From contig OZ199840.1 of the NCBI GenBank assembly GCA_964304625.1, positions 4,068,490 to 4,132,489 on the forward strand: a DNA stretch of 64,000 nucleotides. The letters run 5' to 3'. This document shows, piece by piece, positions 12,918 through 24,286 of this stretch. The notes beneath the pieces were generated by a model. It was not told the origin of the DNA and made no database searches. It saw only the letters and a list, made by a program, of their open reading frames with translations. Position 1 is the stretch's first letter, and each line of letters begins with the position of its first letter. Origin of the DNA: Kudoa neothunni. Lineage: Eukaryota > Animalia > Cnidaria. A program made the position numbers and the translations under genes.

Positions 12918-13544
12918 CTAGCGCGAACTGCTCAGCGTTGCTTGGGGAAAGTTTCGCATAGAGACGTTTCTATATAACATTAAAAAAATATTATGTTTCA
13001 AATTGATTTATAGAAGCAGTCAAACTAAATCTTTTTTAAGTATCATTCTTTGTCGATTTCGAAATTTAAATCATGATCATTTCTGTGCAGGAGTGTATCC
13101 AATCAATCCTAGCTTTTAATTAACAATTTCTTATCCCGGCACCAACACCAAACAATTTGAGGTCAGTGTCATATTTTCGTTCCCGGATTATTTAAACTCT
13201 CTTAAAGTCGAATTCAGACTCAGCTCGGAAAATGTGTGCACCACTAACTTTTTAACAGATAAAAAATAGAAAAAGTAATAGAGATTAAGAAAACACAAGA
13301 AAATTAATTTTTATTTCTCAAATTAATATACTTTGATCCCCCATAAACTTTAATGCGCTTTTTTCAACAAACATTGAATTATTTTGTTTCTTTCTTAGCT
13401 ATTATCTCAAAAGTTATTTATTGTTATTATTTAGATTTTTTACTATTGATATATAACAATTTTAAAAATAAACTTTTTGCAAATTTCATATAAGCATCTC
13501 ATTTTTCATTATAGAAAAATACTTTATAAACTTTTAGATATAGA
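12918..13544 (-). mobile_element. Non-autonomous Helitron, 627 bp
   Basis: Minus strand begins A|TCTATATCTAAAAG and ends with hairpin CCCAAGC-AAC-GCTGAG followed by ..CTAG|T. No TSD. A second copy starts at 39364. Confidence 0.8.
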
Positions 13545-13574
13545 TATTAATGTAGTAAGATTTATTTTAGTTAA

Positions 13575-16500
13575 CCCTTCCGGTACCAACTGGGGTATTT
13601 AAGTGACCCCATATTATCTATTTTGTTTCTAAATCCAAAAATCAGCTTCTGATAGTCTTCAAAATTTCAGAATACCTCAATTACTATTATTTCGATATTT
13701 TGAGGAAAATATTTTTTACAATATAATTAAATCTAATGAATAGATTCAAAAATAATACTAGAGTTAATTTTTAATGCATCGGATTAGTTTTCTAATGTTA
13801 CATATTTGTTTTATAAATATCAAAAATAGCTTTATCACCCCGAAAATTTGATAATATCCGTTCTATTATATGAAAAAATGGTGCGCCTTTCTAAATATTA
13901 CCGCCTCGCGGATTAACGAGGATTAATCCGATTACGCCACGCGCTTAACATTTCTTGTGGATATTGAGGTAGCAATTGTTAAATAACTTTTTTTGAGACA
14001 TCGGTAATATTTAGTATGAGACTAGACCAAACCATTGATGATGTTGAAAAACTTATTGAGGATTCTTCTTCTGTAGATAATGATAGTTGCTCAGAATACG
14101 AAATATCTGAATCAGATGATTGTGTTATTAGTAATATAGATAGTGATGAAGATTTCCAAAGTGACGTTAAATTTTCTCAAGAAAACCCGAATAATGATTC
14201 TATTTTTTCTTCCCCGTCTGGTCTTGAGTGGTCCAAAAGAATTTGTTCGAAAACGAAAACTAAATCACACAACATCGTTACTTCATCCTCAGGCATTTTA
14301 GATGAGGCAAACAATATAACGTCCATTTTTTATGCCTTTGAATTGTTTATGTCGGATGATATAATTAATGAGATAGTAAAATACAGTAACAAGTACTGCG
14401 AAGAAACTAACCCAGAGACACACACGACAATAACTAAAAATGAAATAAAAGCATTTATAGGCATATTAATCGCTGCTGGGAGTTCAAATGGTAAGATGCT
14501 TGCTCATAGGAATATGTGGGATGGTAGTCCATTATTCAAACAATTATTCTTCCCCACAGTGATGTCCAGAAACAGATTCACTTATATTTATAGAAAAATC
14601 CGTTTTGACGATAAAGCAAATAGAATTTATCGGTTTCAAATTACAAACGACAAATTCGAACCTTGCCGCCAAATTTTCGATCTGTTTAATGAAAATTGCT
14701 TGAAATATTATTCACCAGGCACGCATATTACAGTGGATGAAAGGTTAGTAAGGTTTAGGGGTAAATGTCCGTTTCGGGTATACATGAAGAGCAAGCCCGG
14801 ACGATTCGGGATCAAACTTTGGGTGGCTGCAGACGTAGAAACGTCATACCTATTAAACATTCAACCGTATACTGGGAAGATCGGTGGAACAAGGGAAATA
14901 AATCAGGCTGAAAATGTTGTCACAAGACTTGTCTCTCCATTTTATAGAACTGGCCGAGGAGTGACCGTAGACAACTTTTTTACATCCGTTTCTTTAGCCA
15001 CGAAACTCTTCAAAGAGAACCTGGCATTGACAGGGACAATTAGGTCGAATAAACGCGATATCCCCAAAGAATTTTTAAAATCGCCACGCCGAGAGGTTTT
15101 CTCCTCTCTGTTCGGGTTTTCTGGTCATCTTTCACTTTCTTCCTATGTACCCAAAAAGAACTATGCGGTCAATATATTGTCTACCGAATTTCATGATTCT
15201 TCAACAGAAGGCACATATAGAAAAAGACCAACGGTGATTCTTCACTATAACAAAACCAAAGGTGGTGTTGATAATGGGGATAAAATGACCCAGTCATACT
15301 CCTGTTCGCGACCTACTCGTAGATGGCCACTGAAGATTTTCATGGAGATCATTGATATGGCTGCGTTGAACGCATATATTATTTGGATCCAAAAAAATTC
15401 TGATTGGAAAAAAAAATGATCGTAGCAAGCTTCAGAAATTTATTCGCGAGCTTGCTATAGAATTGGCAATACCCAATGTAGCATATCGTCGTGAGAATTC
15501 CCATACTCTTCAATCTCACATAAAGTATGGTTTCCAATTTTTTGAAATCTCTACCAATAATGACGATTTGACGATGTCTGAATCAAATTCCACTCAGCAA
15601 TCAAAGAGAAATAGATGCCATTTTTGTCCTCGGAATAAGGATAAAAAATCCAGCCTGAGATGTTTCAACTGCCTCAAGTTTGTTTGCATAAAACATAGAG
15701 TAAAAAGAAATATTATTTATTGTTTGGATTGTACCGATTCTTTGGAATAAATCGTGTTAATATATTTTTTTATTCGGCATATGGTTGCAGATTATAAATT
15801 ATACACAAATTTTCACTAGTAATTGAGTGCGATGTGTAATTCATTTTACGATCTCTAATGCATTATCATTTATGACATATACAATTTTGGTCTATTATAA
15901 TAAATAAATTCTACCCAAGGCTCAACGGATTCACAATTTTTGAATTTATACACAGTCATGCCATTTGGGAGAAAAAATATCGGCCTGTTGAAAAAACGAA
16001 TAAAATTAACCTCGCTACAGAGGAAAGAATAATTTTGTTTACAAAATAATTCTCTACTTTGAGAAATTTTACCAAATATGACTCGTAAAATTAAGAAAAT
16101 ATCTACATAAAAGTAAATATTCTAATTTCTGTTTTCGCTACTATTTTGCGAATTTCAAAAATAATAAAATAATGACAAGGCGAAAGTGATTTTGTTGTAC
16201 AAATAAATATTAAAAATAATTACGTACAAATATGACAGATATGTTGAATATTATTTTTGGTGCCTTAAACACTGATGCTCAAATAATGCAAACTGAAGTC
16301 ACTGCGCCATTCATTGTTTAAAAATATTATCATTTTGTGTATTATTCCATGGATGTAACTATTGACACGGCAAATAATATTTAGAGGTCACTAATTTTGG
16401 CTATATTTAATTATTTATATCACATCGCTTCGCTTTTGCCTGTCAGAAATAATTAAATAGAGCAGATTTTAAACGATTAAATCTATACAAAGTTTGTGAG

Positions 16501-17077
16501 TAAGAGTCGCTGAGATAAAAAATTTATATTGAGTAAGCGTACATGCAGTTTATGACTAAATTTTGTGTCTATAGCATCTGCCTACTAAAATTTAGGAAAT
16601 AATATAGATCAGCATTGGATAATAGAAGTCTTCGCTCATATAGCTTAAATTTGATCAAAGCGGCAATCACACCGATCCATCATTAGCTACGGATTCACCG
16701 ACTTATACCGAAAAGCGATGAGTATTTAATTGCTGTGATGGTCATTATTTTTTCTAATTATTCTTAATTTTTTGATCATTAGTCTTCCATATATCCTGTT
16801 TCGGCATAAAACTGATAATATTTGCTATTTATGCTACATTTTGATGCATTTGTATCATTGTCTGTGCAATGGTTTTCGTAATGAACAAAATGATTTATGT
16901 ATAGGTCAAGTAATAAAAACTAATTTTATTGGGCATGAATTATCATATTTTTGTCTCTTATTTTTGGTGAAATAGTTTCTAGCAGATTGAACAAGTTTAA
17001 GGTGTAATTCGGCTGGGGTACGTTAGTGACCCCAGTTGGTCACCCACGTTCTGTTATCGTAGTTGGTACAGGAAGGG
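13575..17077 (+). mobile_element. Full-length piggyBac transposon, 3503 bp
   Basis: TTAA TSD on both sides. 17-bp TIR CCCTTCC(G/T)GTACCAACT (16/17). Internal GGGGT..ACCCC palindromic subterminal repeats at both ends. Confidence 0.96.
14016..15750 (+). CDS. piggyBac transposase (PGBD4-like) with a single +1 frameshift in an A9 run at 15408-15416
   Basis: DDD triad TVDER / TVDNFF / GGVDNGD. Removing one A gives WKKNDRSKLQKFIRELAIELAIP and joins the Cys-rich C-terminal domain (RCHFC..RCFNCLKFVCIKH..CLDC), 577 aa total. Confidence 0.9.
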
Positions 17078-18430
17078 TTAATAATTGTTTTAATAGATTT
17101 TTTATTAGAAATTAAAAAATTATTCAGTATTTATTATAATTATTCATTATCCTAATTTTTAAAAATTAGGATAATTTTTTTACCTTGAAGAATGTGTAAA
17201 CCACTGGAAAAAAAATTCCTAACAAACACAAAAATCGGCAAAATATACGAATTGAGAATATTTTAAGATGTCAACACAATATGTTTATGATTATTATTTT
17301 TATCGGTACATATATAATTCGTTAAAACTAATAATTTTATAGAAATAACAATTTTCTCGTTTTTTTATAACTAAATTTTTACGTTTATCGAATGCTACAC
17401 TAAACACACATGTAAGAATTCTTCCTAAAAAGTAATAGCTTAGTATAATCTGTCTTTAGTTATTTCTCTATTGAAATTAAATGTTGATTAATTATTAAAA
17501 AAACACATCAGCTCCAAGCAAATTAAGAAAATATATTTAGAGAGCACGTGGTTGTCTTCTCGCTTTTAAACTGTTCGTGCTTAACCCCTGGAAAAATCTG
17601 TGTAATTAAATATGATATTGTAAAATTTGATTACATATGGTAAAAAATATGAAATAGAACCAATTTATGAAGGATTATCGAAACAAATTAGAGATCAATC
17701 CAATGTTGAAAAAAAGATGGAGATTACACGTGTATCCGACCGCGATCGGATGAAAAATTCTTATATTTTATTATCAAAAATCGTGAAAACATGCGAAAGA
17801 GGACGTTTTTTAGGTTCCGCGTACTTTATCATTACCTGATATTTTATTAACAGGCCAATGAATATTTCAAACCTAATATGTTTTTTGTATTATTCAATGG
17901 TGAAATGCGTAAAGATTTATAAAAATATAAAAATAATTTTAAAAAGCCAATTTAAAGATACCTGGATACATTTTAATTTAATTTGACACACTATTCTTCA
18001 TTATATATTGGTTTTAGAATACGAAATTCTATTGGTATCGGTACCTTTGGCGAATATCGAGTATTGCTCCAAAGTTGGTATCGGGGCAACCTTAGTATTT
18101 AATCAATAAACTCCAATGTGATGACTAGTCAAAAATTATCCGATTATCTATCTCTATAATTGATAACATAGAACTAATTCATCTCAATAGAATAAACTAT
18201 TAAAGTCTATAAACCAAGGTACAATAACAAAGATTTCCTAGTTTGCAAGCAAAATAATTAAATTTCTATCCTAATTAACAATCAAAAAAGAACGAATATT
18301 TTAAATCTAGTTAAAATTCGGAACAATTACTAAATTTCAGCGATAGTTAGAATAAACTGATTAGTTTTAGAAAAAAAAACTCTTCTCTATTCATATACAG
18401 AAAATTCATACAAGTAATTTATGTAATTAT

Positions 18431-18974
18431 TTATTCTGATGGGTTGGTGGTAGCAGTAGATGGTGGTTTGGAGGCTTTATTAAACTGGCTTCTATGTCTA
18501 GCGCTTCTGTCTTCTCGCATATGCTTCATTATCTAAAAAGCAATAGGAATAACTCAAAATTGTTAAATGTGAAATTACATCCTCGGGTATTCTCATATAT
18601 TTTATTGAGCTCCCCTTTATATAACATTCGCCAAGTTTCCAAAATTTGTCGCCATTCTATTATTATGGAGTAGAATAAGTAAGGTTTGGAGTTATGTATA
18701 ATTTTTTCATACTTTTGAGGTGCAGATAACGTCTTTAAGATAGACATTCATCCATGTATCACATGAAACCAAATGGCCATTATAAGTTTCACCATTCTTC
18801 AATTCGACCATCTATAAATACGAATACAATTCCATAACCAATAAATCAAGGCGATTATTGCATAAGATGAAGAAAAAATAACCATAGGGTAGGTTTGTGA
18901 TGCTCTTATTACTGATAGAGGCAGCTAAAAACATTTTACAATTGGAGCATATGTGATCTTTGACTTACAACCAT
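18431..18974 (-). CDS. LSM4: U6 snRNA-associated Sm-like protein LSm4, 5 exons, ~108 aa
   Basis: Spliced product MV|[14 protein letters not shown]|[33 protein letters not shown]|[26 protein letters not shown]|IMKHMRED.. matches the LSm4 Sm1/Sm2 motifs. Confidence 0.93.
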
Positions 18975-19003
18975 ATCTTCCTAGTGTTTTTGGCAACGAT
19001 GTT

Positions 19004-19014
19004 TGCGCTTGCGC
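19004..19014. promoter_or_regulatory. NRF1/Ewg-type motif upstream of LSM4
   Basis: TGCGCTTGCGC lies ~30 nt upstream of the minus-strand ATG. Confidence 0.45.
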
Positions 19015-19413
19015 GACATAGGAAATATAATTTGTTACTTTTAGTCGTTAAGCCTAAAATAATTATCATTTAATAGGGTCAATATTCTTGGAATATTTTT
19101 CTTTTTTAATGTGAATTGAAAATTTCAAAGTAATAATTGCAATTAATAATTCGTAGCTTAAAAATTTATTTTGTTGTTATTGGAATTATTAAATTATTTA
19201 TGGCATATTAAGCCAATCTAATTCCTTATATAATTATTTTTGAGTTAGAAAAAAATTTTAACCCGTATTTTTGCAAAATATTTTATTATTTCCCCAAATT
19301 AACGATTTCCCGAATGACCAAAGTTGGATTGATACTCACCCACACATGAGGTTTTCCTGTTGTTTTGGCATGCAGAAACTTTTAGCACCTTTATTAGCTT
19401 TAATTAATTTTTA

Positions 19414-20388
19414 GGCTATTCTTTACATAAAGGGACTGTAGTTGGAAACTTTCATCACACATTCGGGAAATGGAAAACGTTGGGAGAAATTTTGATTTAG
19501 AAAATAACGATTCCATCAGTATGATAGGTATAATTTATATTATTAAAATTTTTAAAAATCTTGGCCTGATTTCGTCAGCGAAAAAAATGAATATGTGGGA
19601 CGATGATGCATCTCATATGAAATGAAAGTTGTCAATATCTGTTTTTTTGAAATCCTTTTTGTTTAAAAAACAAAATTTATGAGTTGGTTTAATTTATCAG
19701 AATTCCAAACTGCCGCAGTGGAAACTATTTGTATTTTTCCTCGTAAAATTTCACCTTGTTAAGGTTATCTGCGATGAAGTACAAAAGCATATCAAAATTC
19801 TTTCTTCAAAGACTATAAGTGATTGAAATGAATTGTGAAGAAGTATTCTTACATTGAAGATTACGGACGAACGTAAAAAAGTTGGCGGTAGAAATGCTGT
19901 TGTCCAGACCGATGAAACTGAGGCGATAAAGGGAAACATGTTTAATTATTCGTGGAGTACATGAGTAAGATGAATGGTTGTTCAAAAATCCCAAGAGAAG
20001 AGGCAATTCTGTCCATGAACAAATTGTTCTTAATAACATGGAAGAGAATTCTATGATCTTGTCAGTTTAATAAAGAGGCTACAATCGTCTTAATAATGTA
20101 TGATTTTGTCACAAATATTCGTTTGTTTTCAGTGTTGGTGTGCATACAAATAAAATCGAAACTAGATAGGGGGGTTTTAAAAGAGGATGCCGGATAATTG
20201 CTAATTAAAATGAAGAGTCATTACATGACTTCATATCAAAGTTTATGTGCCGTAAAAATATAAGGAAATCAAATTTAGTATCTTCTTCAAATAAATAATG
20301 AAGAATTATTTAATATAATTTATTGTGTTGTTTTGGTACGACTATACCCCGCATTTTTCGAGTACAATCTGTTATGTAAAGGATAACC
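19414..20388 (+). mobile_element. Heavily decayed Merlin (IS1016/ISXO2-like) element, not visible in the ORF track
   Basis: Imperfect TIRs GGCTATTCTTTACATAA / TTATGTAAAGGATAACC. Remnant peptides MENVGRNFDLENNDSI (19470), KKVGGRNAVVQTDET (~19875) and VHTNKIETR*GGFKR (~20139) are homologous to the 26593 transposase. Confidence 0.8.
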
Positions 20389-22070
20389 ACAAGCGTTAAA
20401 ACTTTAAAATATTTTTTAATTCTAATGCCACACAATTTATACGCGGTGAATCACTAGATTTCAAGTGTGACAAATATTTTTGCTTGTTTCATAATTATTT
20501 GTGTCAGTTTAATTAATGTGTGATCAAGGTTTTATTCAGATGAATGGAATATAAATTTAACTTAATACTTTATAGAGATATCAACTACAAATTCTTAACT
20601 GAGGTATAAATCAAAATTACGTGTTTCTTATTCGCATTAAAATCTAACATGATAATAATTGAATCAATCTTTATTCAATGTCAATATAATAAATCAGTAC
20701 GTTCGCTGAATGTAGTCAAAAAATTATTAGCAGTCTTCACAAAAAATGCAGTGAACATATAATAGTACATATAACACCTTGCATTTTTATACTTATTTTA
20801 TCAAATTGAAGTTTGTAAGAGAGTGAAAAGTTATAACTTTAACATATTTTCAAAGTTATGGCTATTTGTAAGAGCATGTTTCATATCGAACTGTGGATGC
20901 ATGCGCGTTGCCGTTTTATTCTAAAAAATCTTATTTATAGGTAATATATGCATTTTATACCTTAGAACCCGCTATGTTTAATTATGCTCGCCAAATAATT
21001 GTGCTCCTATGGGTTATATATAATTAAATATCGCACGAATTAGACCTGCCTTAATATTATGAAAAAAGGCACTTCCATTTTTTCTGAAATGGAGATTTTT
21101 TACGTGGCAACTAATGTTTTGTTTAACTTTTTTATCATGTTTACTGCAAAACAAATTATATCGCATCATTGTCAATTTACTTTTTGATGTTTCTCGATCA
21201 AACTCCACATATTAATAATTTGATACCATACACAATATTAAACTATATTTTCATTGTTATAAATTAAGTTTGTCGTTTCATGTTTCATGATCCATAAAAC
21301 TTTTTAAAGATATTTAAAGCAGCACTTACCGATTCATTTTAGTTTCCGCACCCTAACAACATATAAGGACGACTCCGCGTCCCTTCTCAAAAAAGAGATT
21401 TAAAAATGGATCTATTTTTTGGCGGGAAATATCTCTACTAAAATTATATTAACAAGAAAGAGACCGTCGATTTTGACTAGAGAACGGATGTAAATAAAAT
21501 AAATGCAACCGATAATAAATTAAATGTTTTGACTTTTTTCGTCTTCTTTGGACAAAAATTAGGACAACCGGGAATTTAAAAAAGTTGAAGGTATGCGCAA
21601 ATCATAATTTATAAATGAACTAGAGATTTAATATTTTAGTGAAAATATCAAATGAAAATAATGACGCTGGTGCCAAATGTTGGATATTGTAGTTTTGTAT
21701 TATAAATTAAAAATCGAATGAAGAGAATAAACATATGACCAAATCACGAATGTATAATTTTAGTTTTTATAATTATTGAGTGCACATTGACTTAAGTTGA
21801 ATTCTTACTTGCATTATGGTTTACTTACAAAAATAAAAAGTACAATTTTTAATAATTCAGTCCATTTTAAAATACTTTTTAAGTCGTCCATCTTATCCAT
21901 TAAAATTGAATATTTTATGATTCTCTACATTAAGACGAAGATTCGAATTAAATAATTTAGTTACAAATGATAAAGAAATAAATTATCATTTTTATTTCAT
22001 ACAAAAATAAATAGAACATAATATATTGAAAATAAATTAATTTCCAATAAAATTCATCAAATAATTTTTC

Positions 22071-22586
22071 CTGGACAATATGGCAATATGGCATAGTGGT
22101 GTTAGGTCGAGATCGCATATCTTGGGGTTGCGAGTTTGAAGCCTAGTCCGGGCGCTCCTGTACTCCTAATCCTAAATTAAGTATGAAGGTTGCAGCTGTA
22201 GTAATCGCACGGATATGCGATTTATCGTGACCTTGCTTGCATCTGGGAGGGGTGTCTGGCGGAAGGGGAGAACTCGGGCGCTCATAAACTCATAAACGCC
22301 GGGGTACAGTGACGAAATACAACCCAGTAGGGGGTATCCGTAGAGCCGACTCCCCAATTCAAAAGACTGTCCCAGACTAGTTTTGGGTTAATCCAGGGTA
22401 TAGTTGAGTGGTGGTTGCTCAGAAGCGACGATGCCTAGTGGGTTAAAATCACACACTACCGCATAAATGTAAGTCGTCTTAATATGACGCTGCGATGCCT
22501 AAAGCGTAAATGGAGAAGGTCTAACCAACTCGAACTTCACAACCTAACAAGTTGCGTCAGGGATTCGATCTTGTAAACAAAAAAAA
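22071..22586 (+). mobile_element. tRNA-headed SINE-like insertion, ~515 bp
   Basis: A-box TGGCATAGTGG (22089-22099) and B-box-like AGTTTGAAGCC (22133-22143). GC-rich body and 3' A8 run. Absent from the homologous repeat copy at ~3660. Confidence 0.7.
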
Positions 22587-24286
22587 CTTGTTTATCAAAT
22601 TTATTTCAACTTCGATTTTGCAAGAATCACACATGATATATTTTCGAGGAGGTTCAGATTATTTAAAATCATACATTACGTAAAAAGTACGATCGATCGT
22701 ACGATTTTTTCATTGACTCAAGGTGTGAGTCTCTGACCCTTGGATGGTCCGAGAACCCCCCCCCATTGGGAAGTCCTGACTTAGGGGGTTAAACGAAATC
22801 TTTAGGATTTCACGATAAATTTAAATAATATTAAAGATAATTCTTAATTTACCAATAAGGTTATTTTTTGTCGTTTTTATATCCAAAATCAACATTAGGA
22901 GTAAAATCAGCATTAATTTTTGAATGGGGAGCGGGATTAAAACAAATAAAGAAACATTGATATATTCGATCATGCTACATCAAATTTCGACTGTGTATTA
23001 TTAAATCTCAAAAAAAAACGTTAAATGTGTACATATATAACATTGCAGTAATCCTTCGTTTGAGTAAACTTATTCTTTAATGTTGAATTAGTTTATGTTG
23101 TTTGAGTTTTTTTGGCCTCTATATACAAAATGAAATATTTTACCTATTTTCAAACATAAAAAATCTCCTAGTTTTAACTCACCATATTATATCGTCAATT
23201 TTGTCTACTATTCATGATTAAATAAAGGTTGTAATAAATTTTGGAAATAATTTAAAAAGTTAAAACTAAAATTATTTAATATATTAATAAATCGGAGTGT
23301 TTGAATTTTTATCATTATTTGTGAACCAACATCAAATCTAATTCTTAAATAATGGATGCGAGTGGAGGTGGAGGTGGAAAACGCTTGCTTTCTAATAATA
23401 AAATAAATCATTATATCTGAAATTTTTATAATAATGCTTGATGAATAGTTTCTTTTGATATTATGATAAAAAAATATTTTATAATGATTACCTTGAATAA
23501 AGTTGAGAGGATTCACTTAAATATGTTAACAATCTCGAATACAACCGATGTATAATATTTGATTTATAATCAATAGCTTTCCTGTTTAAAGGTTATTTAA
23601 AAAATTAGTTTCACAACATAATATTTTAATCACGTTTCCTCAGCTTGTAAGAGCGATATTTATCAGCGGTGTAATGTTTTGCTTTCCATTTATCATATTG
23701 GGTTAAATACTATCGGATTCTAGATTAATTATTGCATTATATGCTAATCTATCTGAAACATTAAAAAACATCTAGCATTTTTTTTCATATGTTACAAGAG
23801 AAAACAAATAAAATATAATTTATAATTAGTTCTGTAAAATGGGTCGTATGAATATTACCATTATGCAATAATACATAACTTTTATCTCTATTAAAATCCT
23901 ATAAGTTTAAAATAATTTTTAATTAACTATAAGCACATCATTTTTAAACAAAAACATTGCAGAAACGTGAAAATCAATCATATTTAAGTCGATTGAAAAC
24001 ATCCATTGATGATAATCTTACAAGTAAAGCCAAGCCGCTACAGCGTATAAAATGTAAAAAATCTGATCTCGATTTTCATAATTATAAACTAAAAAAATAG
24101 GTATAGGAGTGGTTTACTTCATTATTTGTTCCTAATTACGGCTGTCAAATGTATAGGGATATTCTGTGATGACCCAATTATTGTAATTACTTAAAAAACA
24201 GGAAACAATTTTATTTTATGGATTTAGTACGGAATAATTATGAATAAATTGATCAACAAATTCAATGTGACGCTCTATAATTTCAG

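Larger units (their letters stand above)
12571..18094. mobile_element. hAT (Ac-like) non-autonomous element expanded by nested insertions
   Basis: Ends TAGGGTTACACCGATA / TATCGGGGCAACCTTA. 8-bp TSD gtattcaa / gtatttaa (7/8). Subterminal CCGATA[C/T] repeats at both ends. Confidence 0.85.

Noticed and set aside
22360-22410. Group I intron R/S-like words (CAGACTA..GTATAGT) or a ribozyme in the SINE body
   Set aside because: Spacing is too short for P3/P8, there are no P/Q elements, and I could not build a hammerhead, HDV or twister core by eye.
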